Origin: Pseudobdellovibrionaceae bacterium
GTDB lineage: Bacteria > Bdellovibrionota > Bdellovibrionia > Bdellovibrionales > Bdellovibrionaceae
DNA length: 32,198 bases
Assembly: GCA_044359815.1 (NCBI GenBank)
Contig: JBIKLL010000026.1
Span: forward strand, 1-32,198
Direction of reading: 5' to 3'
The notes below the pieces were generated by a model, which was not told the DNA's origin, did no database searches, and saw only the letters and a list, made by a program, of their open reading frames with translations. Below, one piece after another: positions 1 to 8,163 of this stretch. The translations under genes were made by a program, and so were the position numbers. Each line of letters opens with the position of its first letter. Position 1 is the stretch's first letter.

Positions 1-1
1 T

Positions 2-49
2 ATTGAAAAAGCAAAATTGTATTTAAAAGATTGGAAAAGTTATGAATAA
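2..49 (+). CDS. 3' end of a RelE/HigB-type (addiction module killer) toxin, truncated by the window edge
   Basis: Frame 2 reads IEKAKLYLKDWKSYE* and resembles the C-terminus of the toxin at 689-1027 (DIKHAKEYLEDYRSRYEI*). Its stop overlaps the antitoxin ATG at 42. Confidence 0.75.
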   Translation: MEKAKLYLKDWKSYE

Positions 50-407
50 AAAAACGACAGCAAAAAAACAAGTAAAGTCTAAAACGGCTTCGTCCAAGCC
101 ATCCGTTAAATATGACGACTGGATGATGGAGCGACTCAAAAAAAATAAAAAAGAGGCTTTTGAGTATCTTAAAACTTCTTTGGAAGAAAATGCGGACTTC
201 CCTCCTGCTTTTTTACTTTCACTTCGCCGAGTTTCCCAAGCCTTTGACATGTCCATGGAAGACATCGCCAAAGAAGCAGGAATTTCTACGGCGGCAATTT
301 ACAAAGCCCTTGGCGAAAAGGGAAATCCTACGATTGATACTCTGGCGTCTATCTTGAAAACCATGGGTTTTAAACTTACTTTGACGCCGATTGGAAAAGC
401 TTCTTAA
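42..407 (+). CDS. HTH antitoxin, addiction module antidote (HI1420/HigA-like)
   Basis: EAFEYLKTSLEE...MEDIAKEAGISTAAIYKALGEKGNPTIDTLASILKTMG is a Cro/C1-type HTH with the GNPT motif; it lies directly behind a toxin. Confidence 0.85.
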   Translation: MNKKTTAKKQVKSKTASSKPSVKYDDWMMERLKKNKKEAFEYLKTSLEENADFPPAFLLSLRRVSQAFDMSMEDIAKEAGISTAAIYKALGEKGNPTIDTLASILKTMGFKLTLTPIGKAS

Positions 408-491
408 TGAAGACCATTGACCATAAGGGACAAAAAATATTTTCCAGCAAGAATAAACGTTGATTTTAAATTCATAAAGCCCCGACTTTTA

Positions 492-518
492 AAATTTTGG
501 TAGTGAGAGGCGTGTGGC
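492..518. repeat. Direct repeat copy 1, containing the tRNA-Met 3' end (att-like)
   Basis: AAATTTTGGTAGTGAGAGGCGTGTGGC is identical to 1386-1412. The core TGGTAGTGAGAGGCG (498-512) equals tRNA positions 1566-1580. Confidence 0.9.
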
Positions 519-661
519 TGCAGGCTACGTTAACTCCCAGACAATACTGGGCTTTTTAGTGCATTCAATCGCTTCACCTTAGAAGGGATATGCTGAAATG
601 CAGAGATTCCCGAGATCATATAGTAGCCCTGATCGCAATGTAGTTGTAGATTTTAAGAAAC

Positions 662-690
662 TTGCGAAACTGACCGATCTGCGCTATAGT
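662..690 (+). promoter_or_regulatory. Sigma70-type promoter of the second TA operon
   Basis: TTGCGA-17 nt-TATAGT. The in-frame GTG at 698 is 7 nt downstream, suggesting a leaderless mRNA. Confidence 0.6.
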
Positions 691-1027
691 GGAGAAAGTG
701 AAATCAGCCTACCAGATCCTTATCTATGCAACACCGACTGGAACCGAGCCATTTAATGATTGGCTGGATTCACTGGATAACTCTGTTAAGGGCAAAGTGA
801 TTGCAAGAGTCGATCGATTGAAGAGGGGACTTTTTGGAAATGCTAAAGCATTAAAAAGTGGTCTTTATGAATTGAAATTTAAAAACCCTGCGTTTCGTAT
901 TTATTATGCGATTGTGGGCAAGCAAGTTGTATTGTTGATTTCCGGTGGGGATAAAAACCTTCAGTCCAAGGATATCAAGCATGCAAAAGAATATTTAGAA
1001 GATTACAGGAGTCGATATGAAATCTAA
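689..1027 (+). CDS. Type II toxin, RelE/ParE superfamily (HI1419/Gp49-like); true start may be GTG 698
   Basis: EPFNDWLDSL...ARVDRLKRGLFG...GLYELK...FRIYY...LLISGGDK..QSKDI..AKEY; overlaps the downstream antitoxin. Confidence 0.9.
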   Translation: MEKVKSAYQILIYATPTGTEPFNDWLDSLDNSVKGKVIARVDRLKRGLFGNAKALKSGLYELKFKNPAFRIYYAIVGKQVVLLISGGDKNLQSKDIKHAKEYLEDYRSRYEI

Positions 1028-1340
1028 AAAGAGTTCTAAAAAATTAAAATCTTGGTCTGAGCTTAAAAAAGAGCGCTTCCAAAAAGACCCTGATGAAGCT
1101 ATTGCCTATCTCAAGGCATCCCTAGAAGAAAATGGCGATACTCCTGAAATAGTTATTGAAGCCATTCGTGAAGTTTCCGAATCTTTAGGATTATCTATTG
1201 AGCAGATTGCTAAAAAAGCTCACAAGACCCCATCAACGATTCATAAAGCCCTGAGTAAATCTGGAAATCCAACTTTGGAAACTTTGACGGCTGTCCTTAA
1301 GACAATGGGTCTAAGGTTATCTGTTGAGAAGGCTAGTTAA
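1017..1340 (+). CDS. HTH antitoxin, paralogue of 42-407
   Basis: EAIAYLKASLEE...IEQIAKKA...IHKALSKSGNPTLETLTAVLKTMGLRLSV; both antitoxins end in KAS*. Confidence 0.85.
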   Translation: MKSKKSSKKLKSWSELKKERFQKDPDEAIAYLKASLEENGDTPEIVIEAIREVSESLGLSIEQIAKKAHKTPSTIHKALSKSGNPTLETLTAVLKTMGLRLSVEKAS

Positions 1341-1385
1341 TTTTTATGGCCAAGACAGATAAGAAAATTTTAAATCACAGATTTT

Positions 1386-1412
1386 AAATTTTGGTAGTGA
1401 GAGGCGTGTGGC
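1386..1412. repeat. Direct repeat copy 2, containing the tRNA-Met 3' end
   Basis: 27 bp identical to 492-518; core at 1392-1406. Confidence 0.9.
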
Positions 1413-1527
1413 AGCGGACCATCCTGGTCCTTGTCCTGGCGGATTCGCTGCGCTCACTCAAAAAGACCATCAAGGTCTTTTTGTGAACCGCCTGAGGTTC
1501 GAGATCGGATTCACAGTACGCCGACAG
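1392..1527 (-). repeat. tRNA-linked palindromic element (interrupted copy of the tRNA 3' half)
   Basis: Hairpins GGACCA-TCC-TGGTCC (1416-1430) and CAAAAAGACC-ATCAA-GGTCTTTTTG (1459-1483). The T-arm halves GGCGGA (1438-1443) and TGAACCGCC (1484-1492) match the tRNA. Confidence 0.65.
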
Positions 1528-1565
1528 TACCAATAAAAAAACCACCCTTTAGGTGGCTTTTTTAT

Positions 1566-1570
<5 letters not shown>
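1528..1570 (-). terminator. Rho-independent terminator directly after the tRNA CCA (probably bidirectional)
   Basis: TACCAATAAAAAAACCACC-CTTTA-GGTGGCTTTTTTATTGGTA: 18/19 inverted repeat with T tracts on both strands. Confidence 0.85.
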
Positions 1571-1642
<72 letters not shown>

Positions 1643-1823
1643 ACGTGCTTGAACGGCCATCAATACTGACCGCCATTGAATGATTAAACTCAATGAAACA
1701 TAGTAATTAACAAAGTATTTTGAAAATTCAAATATTAAAATTCAGATAAGGCTATTGACTAATAATAGGGCAGCCAGGTGAAATAACATTAAGCAAACCA
1801 TCGGTTTGTCCTAAGGAGGGGTT

Positions 1824-3311
1824 ATGAATTGCAAAGGATTGCAATTTCTGAGGGCTTTGACTGCAGCAGCAGCATTCGCCGGTTTAGTTCTGTTAACAGG
1901 TTGTTCCAAGGATAAAGACAAAGACGATAAAAAAGCAGCAGACGTCCCGCAGGCCGGGATTCAAGAGGCCAGCCGTGATCACAGGTTAACCTTCACAGAC
2001 ACCGTTGGAAATCCCATTGAAGGCGCCAAGGTTTTAATCGGTATGTCCGAGGGTAAACCCTTGCCAGGTAATTTTTTGATCACTGATGCCAATGGCGCTG
2101 TTGATGCTCCTGTTGATTGGTCTCAGCCCCAACCCATCACTGTGGCTGCTGATGGATTTGTTAAAACCACATTTCTGCGCCAGTGGCCGGGCGGTCAGGT
2201 TTTTAAAATCCGTAAAACCGAGCCCGTTAATCGGTTTGAATTATCAGGCATCACCACAGGATTTAAAGTGGTTGATCGTGACAACAAAATGGAATTTGCA
2301 GCCGTGGTTCCAGCGCTTTCAAAACAGGATATGTTTGTTTTTGATTTAAATAAATTTATCAGCCCCGAAGTCGATCAGATCATCGTGATGGGTAAACCGG
2401 TCAACATTCCCAGCAATCTGTCGATTCCAAAACAGACCGAAGTTTACTTCGTACCCGTGACATTGCAAAAACTGGGTTACCGAATGTATTTCAACACCAC
2501 TGGTGAAAAACTGGTCTACACATTAAAAGGCCAGATCCCCTTTCGCGAAGCCATCATTCACATGCAGCAAAAAAAGCCTGCCTATCAGTTAGTGAATTAT
2601 TTTTCTATACAAGGGGGCAGTTTAAAAAATATCCCCATCACAGATTCACAAAACTCAGCTGACCTGCCTGTGAACGAATTAACATTTAATAAACCCATCA
2701 CAGTTCGCGCCCCAGCTGTAAAAACGGGTGAGGTCTTGATTGGAGCAGCAGTGTCGCAGAACCAGGATATACTGATGCCCACTGATGTTAAAATCCTGAC
2801 CCCCGGGGCCAGCAGTAATTTGGTGACCTCCATGGGATCAGAAACCTTAGTGGCAACAATATTAACTCGCGAAGCAGAATTAGCACCAGGTGCAGGTAAA
2901 GGCCGAATCAGCGCAGCCATTTTGCCTTACCAGGAATCTAATGTGCCTGTGATTTTGGATTTACTGAATGATCCCGCTGTGACATTGGGCTCAGTAAAAA
3001 TACAAAAAATTCCTTCTAAGGCAGGCATTACCGAAACTGGCAGTTTTTTATTGCTCTCTAAGATTGAAAAAATCCCAGCACAAGGTGGCGCCCGAGAAGT
3101 CACCGTGCTTAACCGTATGTGGGAAGTCTACGGAGAAGGTTGGATCGAACAATTTGATGCCCCACAATTTCCTAATGAAACTACAGAAAAAACAGGAATC
3201 TACAGATGGGAAGTTTCATTGCTGGGATCAAATCAGGGTCAAAGAGTTGAACTGGGTCAGAAAATGTTAGATACTGCCACTCATGCGACCCATGTCAGTG
3301 TTGATTTTTAA
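1824..3311 (+). CDS. Lipoprotein with an N-terminal carboxypeptidase-regulatory-like beta domain; function unknown
   Basis: SD AAGGAGG; lipobox LLTG-C; LTFTDTVGNPIEGAKV...TDANG...ITVAADGF; 495 aa. Confidence 0.7.
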   Translation: MNCKGLQFLRALTAAAAFAGLVLLTGCSKDKDKDDKKAADVPQAGIQEASRDHRLTFTDTVGNPIEGAKVLIGMSEGKPLPGNFLITDANGAVDAPVDWSQPQPITVAADGFVKTTFLRQWPGGQVFKIRKTEPVNRFELSGITTGFKVVDRDNKMEFAAVVPALSKQDMFVFDLNKFISPEVDQIIVMGKPVNIPSNLSIPKQTEVYFVPVTLQKLGYRMYFNTTGEKLVYTLKGQIPFREAIIHMQQKKPAYQLVNYFSIQGGSLKNIPITDSQNSADLPVNELTFNKPITVRAPAVKTGEVLIGAAVSQNQDILMPTDVKILTPGASSNLVTSMGSETLVATILTREAELAPGAGKGRISAAILPYQESNVPVILDLLNDPAVTLGSVKIQKIPSKAGITETGSFLLLSKIEKIPAQGGAREVTVLNRMWEVYGEGWIEQFDAPQFPNETTEKTGIYRWEVSLLGSNQGQRVELGQKMLDTATHATHVSVDF

Positions 3312-3828
3312 TTTAAGAACTTTGGCGAAAACTTTTTTTTCAGCTTCCATTTTTGTCACAGTCTGTTTGGCGATAGGCCTTTCAGGCTGCGCTATTTTGC
3401 AGCCACCCACTAAATCTTCAACCAAAGTTTTAAGAGCCCTGTCTAAACAAAAAGTTTTTTACGCAACCTATGATCAGGTTTGGCGGGCAGCCCAGCTGTC
3501 GCTCAAATATCCCATGGCCATCAACAATATGGACAACGGAATTTTAGAAACCGAATACATCAATGCCATCGAGGGATTTCAGCCCCCTGATCAGACCACG
3601 GTGCCTTCAAGCGGGATCAGATATAAAATCAGTTTGACTATTGCCAAGGGTAAAACCGAGGGCAAAGAAGCCATCAGAGTCACAGTAAATAAATACCTGG
3701 AACGCAAAAAAGATTTTTTTTCTGAACCCGAAACTTTAGAAAGCGATGGGCTCGAAGAGCGAGTCCTATTGTACAGAATCGATCGTGAGCTTGCGATCGA
3801 TGAAGGTCTCAGAAAATCCATTAAATAG
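3283..3828 (+). CDS. Lipoprotein of unknown function (BamC/DUF3568-like alpha/beta fold suspected); start may be TTG 3322
   Basis: Lipobox LSG-C; KVFYATYDQVWRAAQLSL...NMDNGILETEY pattern. Confidence 0.65.
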   Translation: MRPMSVLIFNLRTLAKTFFSASIFVTVCLAIGLSGCAILQPPTKSSTKVLRALSKQKVFYATYDQVWRAAQLSLKYPMAINNMDNGILETEYINAIEGFQPPDQTTVPSSGIRYKISLTIAKGKTEGKEAIRVTVNKYLERKKDFFSEPETLESDGLEERVLLYRIDRELAIDEGLRKSIK

Positions 3829-3960
3829 CGCCCGCGCGCGTTAATTCTGTCTTATTTTTGTTAATATTAATTTTAGGCTGGAAAAACTAAAACTCAGCTG
3901 TTTGAATTCCAACATCCAATTATTTGTCGGCTTAGGGGAATAGGCCGGTAAGAGGGGAAC

Positions 3961-3981
3961 AAACACATTTTAAATGTGTTT
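3961..3981. promoter_or_regulatory. Perfect 10-1-10 palindrome upstream of the HNH gene RBS (possible operator)
   Basis: AAACACATTT-T-AAATGTGTTT. Confidence 0.35.
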
Positions 3982-3998
3982 AATTTTTGGAGGGGAAA

Positions 3999-4502
3999 AT
4001 GAAGCAGTATTTATTGGTTGCCTTGATGGCAATCTCGATGGGGCTAACAGTTGGTAGTACCAACTTTGCAGTGGCATTCAGCCAAAACTTTCCGGAAAAT
4101 CCACACGAAGAGTTAACACCAGGATCGTTGTGCGATCAGCCGGACGAATACAGGTACCGAGAAAGGATTCCGTATTGCTCCAGGGATGTCAGTCGCTCAT
4201 TGAAGCAAAGCATTATTGCTGAATACGATCGTAAGCTTGGATACCGCGTAGGGCAAATGCAGCGTAATGATTTTAAAATAGATCATTACATTCCATTGTG
4301 CGCCGGTGGATCAAATGAACGTGATAATTTGTGGCCACAACATAAAACTGTTTACAGCCTCACAGATCCAGTCGAACAAAAAATTTGCGAAAAAATGGTT
4401 GAAGGCAAGATCCTTCAAAATCGCGCAGTTGAATTGATTCGCAGAATGAAGCTTGATTTGGATGAAGTCGATCCAGTGAACGACATTATTTCAAGACTTT
4501 AG
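3999..4502 (+). CDS. Secreted HNH-family nuclease-like protein
   Basis: SD GGAGG before ATG 3999; signal peptide MKQYLLVALMAISMGL...; motif IDHYIPLCAGGSNERDNLWPQH. Confidence 0.8.
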   Translation: MKQYLLVALMAISMGLTVGSTNFAVAFSQNFPENPHEELTPGSLCDQPDEYRYRERIPYCSRDVSRSLKQSIIAEYDRKLGYRVGQMQRNDFKIDHYIPLCAGGSNERDNLWPQHKTVYSLTDPVEQKICEKMVEGKILQNRAVELIRRMKLDLDEVDPVNDIISRL

Positions 4503-5469
4503 CAGCGTCTTTGGCAAAATAAGTAAAAATCAATTGAGCCCCAGCTCGGCGGATTGAATACAAACTTTCAAGCATGGCTTGGGTTTCATTCAAAGCTCCA
4601 ATCTGAGCTGCGGCTTTGATCATCGCATATTCGCCACTGACAAAATAAGCCGCGATCGGTGTCTCAAAATTCAAAGACAATGATTTAATCACATCCAGAT
4701 ACAGCAATGCGGGTTTTACCATGATGATATCGGCGCCTTCATTGATGTCCAATTCAGCTTCCACCAAAGCTTCACGAACATTTCTGAAATCCATTTGGTA
4801 GGTTTTTTTATCCCCAGCTTTTGGCGCGGAATCCAAGGCTTCACGAAAGGGTCCGTAAAAACTGGAGGCATATTTTGCTGTGTAAGCCATTATTCCCGTT
4901 TCACTCAAGCCCTTTTCGTCCAATGAATTTCTGATAAATCCAACTCGGCCATCCATCATATCTGATGGGGCGACATAATCGGCTCCAGCCTGGGCATGCA
5001 GCACAGACATTTTTCCTAAAATTTCCAGGGTCGGATCATTCAAAACTTTTCCGTTTTGAACCAAACCATCGTGACCATCAGAATTAAAAGGATCCAAAGC
5101 CACATCAGTGTATAAAACCACATTGGGGAAATTTTTTTTAATCTGCTGAATGCTTTTGGGTAACAGGCCTTCAGGGTTTAGGGCCTCGGTGCCTTTGGAA
5201 TCTTTTTTGGATTCAGGGACAGATACAAACAGGGCAAAGGACTGGATCCCTAATTTTAAACAATTTTCGATTTCGCCTAAGGCAGAATTTAAATCCAATC
5301 TAAAAATCCCGGGCATAGAACCAATGGCTGATTTTGCAGAGCCTTCTTGGATAAACAGTGGGTTGACCAAATGCTGTGGGCCCAAGTGGGTTTCAGCCAA
5401 GGCTTCGCGTATGGAAATGGACTGACGGTTTCTGCGCGGTCTGCGATTTTGTTTGTGATTTGATTGCAT
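4486..5469 (-). CDS. hemB: Porphobilinogen synthase (ALA dehydratase), Asp-type non-zinc active site
   Basis: DVALDPFNSDGHDG, APSDMMDGRV, YTAKYASSFYGPFREA, TYQMD, MVKP, VSGEYAM. Confidence 0.97.
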   Translation of the reverse strand: MQSNHKQNRRPRRNRQSISIREALAETHLGPQHLVNPLFIQEGSAKSAIGSMPGIFRLDLNSALGEIENCLKLGIQSFALFVSVPESKKDSKGTEALNPEGLLPKSIQQIKKNFPNVVLYTDVALDPFNSDGHDGLVQNGKVLNDPTLEILGKMSVLHAQAGADYVAPSDMMDGRVGFIRNSLDEKGLSETGIMAYTAKYASSFYGPFREALDSAPKAGDKKTYQMDFRNVREALVEAELDINEGADIIMVKPALLYLDVIKSLSLNFETPIAAYFVSGEYAMIKAAAQIGALNETQAMLESLYSIRRAGAQLIFTYFAKDAAKVLK

Positions 5470-5633
5470 AGATAATCCTTCTCATTTGAATAGGGCAGTA
5501 TGGCATCACCAGTCTTAGCAGGTCTTTAGCTAAGATTAGTTAAATTTTACTAACATGGTGCGGACCAGATGCAGACCTTGTGCATATTTTATTAGCAAAA
5601 TCCCAAGGCACCAATATCTTAAATTTTTGTTAA

Positions 5634-5649
5634 TGACAAATGGATGACA
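5634..5649 (+). promoter_or_regulatory. OmpR-type direct-repeat operator TGACA-N6-TGACA (HemR box) upstream of hemA
   Basis: TGACA-AATGGA-TGACA with 11-bp periodicity, at the -35 position relative to a -10-like TAAACT (5669-5674); ATG at 5683. Confidence 0.75.
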
Positions 5650-5682
5650 ATTCTCAAGAAATTTTCAATAAACTGAGCGCAC

Positions 5683-6621
5683 ATGCATTTAGGCAACTGG
5701 ACCATATTGATACACCGAGCAAGCCAAACTCCTTTTGAGGTTTTTGAAGGCATGGATTTGCAAGAATCAGCCATCGAAGAAGGTTTGTATCTGGCAAATG
5801 ACTACGTTTATTGGCGGACCTGCCAACGGCAGATTTTATTTTTGCGACCAGATTTTTACCGCAGACATAAATCAAAATTTAAACGCAATGATCAGGTATT
5901 TTCTGGCATCGCCGTCACTGATTTTTTATTGCGACTGTCTTGCGGATTGCTGTCAAAAATCAAAGGCGAAACTGAAATCATGGGACAGTTTAAAAGATTT
6001 CTGTCTGTTTTAAAAAATCAGGGATCGTGGCTTTATCATCCCAAAGAATTTGAAAAAATTCTGGCAGAACTCAAAAAAATCAGACAGCTGTTTTTGACGG
6101 ATTTGGGTTCACAAAGCTACGGAAGCGTTGTGCGCAAATGGGTTAGTGATCATCAGGCCATAGCTGTCGTTGGCGCGGGATTACTGGCAAAGGACATTGT
6201 TCCATGGCTGGCAGAAAAACAGATTAAAGTATTTTCTCGAAATCCTGCCAAGGCCAAGGTAAAATTACCTGCTGACAACAGCGTAAAAACCATAGATCAA
6301 ATCGAAAAATCTGAATGTTTGATCATTGCAGCTCCCATTAAAAATGCTCTAGCCATAAAATTAGTTATGGATTCAACGGCAACTAGGGTGATTGATCTAC
6401 GGGGATTAACCCAAAAACAGGATTCAGAATTTGCGGAAGCTATGGCTGGCTTAAATATTAAACTGCAAAATCTTAAGCAACTGTTTGAGTGTTTGGATTC
6501 TGATAAACCTGAACTGATTAAAAAAATCAAATTGGCTCAAGATTCAATTGATGTGTTTTTACAAAATCTAGAACTGGCCATGCACATCCGACCTTTGGGT
6601 TGGGAGGACGTGTGCGCGTAA
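5683..6621 (+). CDS. hemA: Short, divergent glutamyl-tRNA reductase
   Basis: TCQR (catalytic Cys; canonical TCNR), GLLSKIKGETEIMGQ, SYGS, VVGAGLLA NADPH-binding motif; first gene of the hem operon. Confidence 0.8.
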   Translation: MHLGNWTILIHRASQTPFEVFEGMDLQESAIEEGLYLANDYVYWRTCQRQILFLRPDFYRRHKSKFKRNDQVFSGIAVTDFLLRLSCGLLSKIKGETEIMGQFKRFLSVLKNQGSWLYHPKEFEKILAELKKIRQLFLTDLGSQSYGSVVRKWVSDHQAIAVVGAGLLAKDIVPWLAEKQIKVFSRNPAKAKVKLPADNSVKTIDQIEKSECLIIAAPIKNALAIKLVMDSTATRVIDLRGLTQKQDSEFAEAMAGLNIKLQNLKQLFECLDSDKPELIKKIKLAQDSIDVFLQNLELAMHIRPLGWEDVCA

Positions 6622-8138
6622 GACTGTCAGCTCGGCAATCAGAGCTGGCAAAACTGCAAGCCCTCACAGTCGGTAAACTGCTTTCTGAAAAATTTGAAAT
6701 AGATTATTTGTTTCGTGAATCCTTGGGGGACAAAAATTTAACAGACCCCCTGTGGCGGATGCCTGAAAAGGGTGTGTTCACCGAAGATTTCGTCAATGAT
6801 CTGATTCAGCAAAAAACCGATCTGGTCGTGCATTCTTGGAAAGACCTTCCCATATTAGACAGACCCGAAACAGAGATTGTTTCAACCCTGCCCAGAGCTG
6901 ATCACAGGGATATGTTGTTGTTTAAAAAAGCCTCACGCAGTAAAAAATCTGTCAAAATTTTTTCTTCATCACCCAGGCGAGAATTTCATTTAAAGGATTC
7001 GTTGCCAACCATGATACCTGACCCCGTCAGCAAGATTGAATTTTTGCCCGTTCGTGGAAACATTCAAACCCGAATCAAAAAACTAATTCAAGATCCGCAG
7101 GTTGATGGTTTGATTGTGGCCAAGGCCGCTATTGACAGACTGATCACCCAACAGCATTTTGCCCCGACTCAGGAATTTGTTTTTACCAGCCTTGGGCAGT
7201 TTGAGTTTATGGTGATTCCCACTGAGATATGTCCATCAGCTGCTGCACAAGGGGCTTTGGCGATTGAGGTCAAAAAAGGGGTTTCAGATTTAGTCAGTTT
7301 TTTAATTCAGAATAGGGATTCAGAGACCTTTGAATGTGTGCAGTATGAAAGACAGATTTTAAAAGCTTTTGGTGGTGGCTGCCACCAGAAAATTGGCGTT
7401 CACATCCGAAAATTAGTTGGGAAATATTTTGTCTGCGTCAGTGGTAAAACCGATGCCGGCGAATCCTTGGAATTCAGAAAACTGGTGCGCACCGTGAATG
7501 TTTCAGAAATTGTCAGGGATTCAAAAGTGGCTAAGCCGAACCAGTTACCCCCATGGATTTTTAGCAGTCAGGAGCTGTCAGCATTCACGCTGCGTAAAAA
7601 AACAGAATCCGAATGGGACAGCAGTTTACCAACACTGGTCAGCAAAGCCGATGCTTTGTTGGATGCAAAACCTCCAACGGGGATTGTGTGGGCCAGTGGT
7701 TTAAAAACTTGGCAAAAGCTCAGTCAAAAAGGTGTGTGGGTTAATGGCAGTCTGGAAGGACTGGGGGAAGCCGAGCTTCCCAAAAGTTTTTCGTGGATCA
7801 GTGGTGATCTGAGTTGGCAAAAGCTAACCCATGGCAGTCGGGGTGATCATTCACCTTCTGAAGAGGCCGCCGTCAAAGCCATTGGTACCTACCAAATCAA
7901 CTTGAAATCTGAATGGCAAAGTTTTTTTGAAAAGCGAAAACACGAATGCACGCATTTTTTTTGGACCAGTGGTTATTATTTTAATGCGGCGATTTCCAGA
8001 TACCCTGATTTGAAAGACCGCATCCACGCTTGCGGCCCTGGTAATACACTCAAGGCCCTGCAAGCAGCTGCAGTTTCTGCCAAAGTGTGCTTAAGCGCCA
8101 TGGACTTGGCGCTTGATGGGGATGATAAATCTGGTTAA
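6612..8138 (+). CDS. hemC: Hydroxymethylbilane synthase with a C-terminal HemD-like (uroporphyrinogen III synthase) extension
   Basis: RQSELAKLQ, KGVFTE, DLVVHSWKDLP, SSPRR, VRGNIQTRI, AAAQGALAIE, GGGCH (cofactor Cys); about 200 extra residues with FFWTSG and CGPGNTLKAL. GGAGG SD precedes GTG 6612. Confidence 0.9.
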   Translation: MRVRLSARQSELAKLQALTVGKLLSEKFEIDYLFRESLGDKNLTDPLWRMPEKGVFTEDFVNDLIQQKTDLVVHSWKDLPILDRPETEIVSTLPRADHRDMLLFKKASRSKKSVKIFSSSPRREFHLKDSLPTMIPDPVSKIEFLPVRGNIQTRIKKLIQDPQVDGLIVAKAAIDRLITQQHFAPTQEFVFTSLGQFEFMVIPTEICPSAAAQGALAIEVKKGVSDLVSFLIQNRDSETFECVQYERQILKAFGGGCHQKIGVHIRKLVGKYFVCVSGKTDAGESLEFRKLVRTVNVSEIVRDSKVAKPNQLPPWIFSSQELSAFTLRKKTESEWDSSLPTLVSKADALLDAKPPTGIVWASGLKTWQKLSQKGVWVNGSLEGLGEAELPKSFSWISGDLSWQKLTHGSRGDHSPSEEAAVKAIGTYQINLKSEWQSFFEKRKHECTHFFWTSGYYFNAAISRYPDLKDRIHACGPGNTLKALQAAAVSAKVCLSAMDLALDGDDKSG

Positions 8139-8163
8139 TACAGTCTGAGCAAAGGATTCAGTT

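Noticed and set aside
523..628. Possible multibranch RNA (GGCTAC/GTAGCC, CCCAG/CTGGG plus T run, TGCATTCA/TGAAATGCA)
   Set aside because: Stems are only 5-8 bp and match no family I recognise. The 536-557 hairpin may be a weak terminator but cannot be supported further.
654..680. Sigma28-like TAAG-N15-ACCGATCT promoter
   Set aside because: It overlaps a better sigma70 match and its -10 element is imperfect.
408..688. Integron attC sites between the TA modules
   Set aside because: No convincing RYYYAAC...GTTRRRY pair with L boxes; the tRNA-end repeat explains the junctions better.
5683..6621. hemA as a pseudogene
   Set aside because: The frame is intact, catalytic Cys and NADPH motifs are retained, and it overlaps hemC as in a coupled operon.
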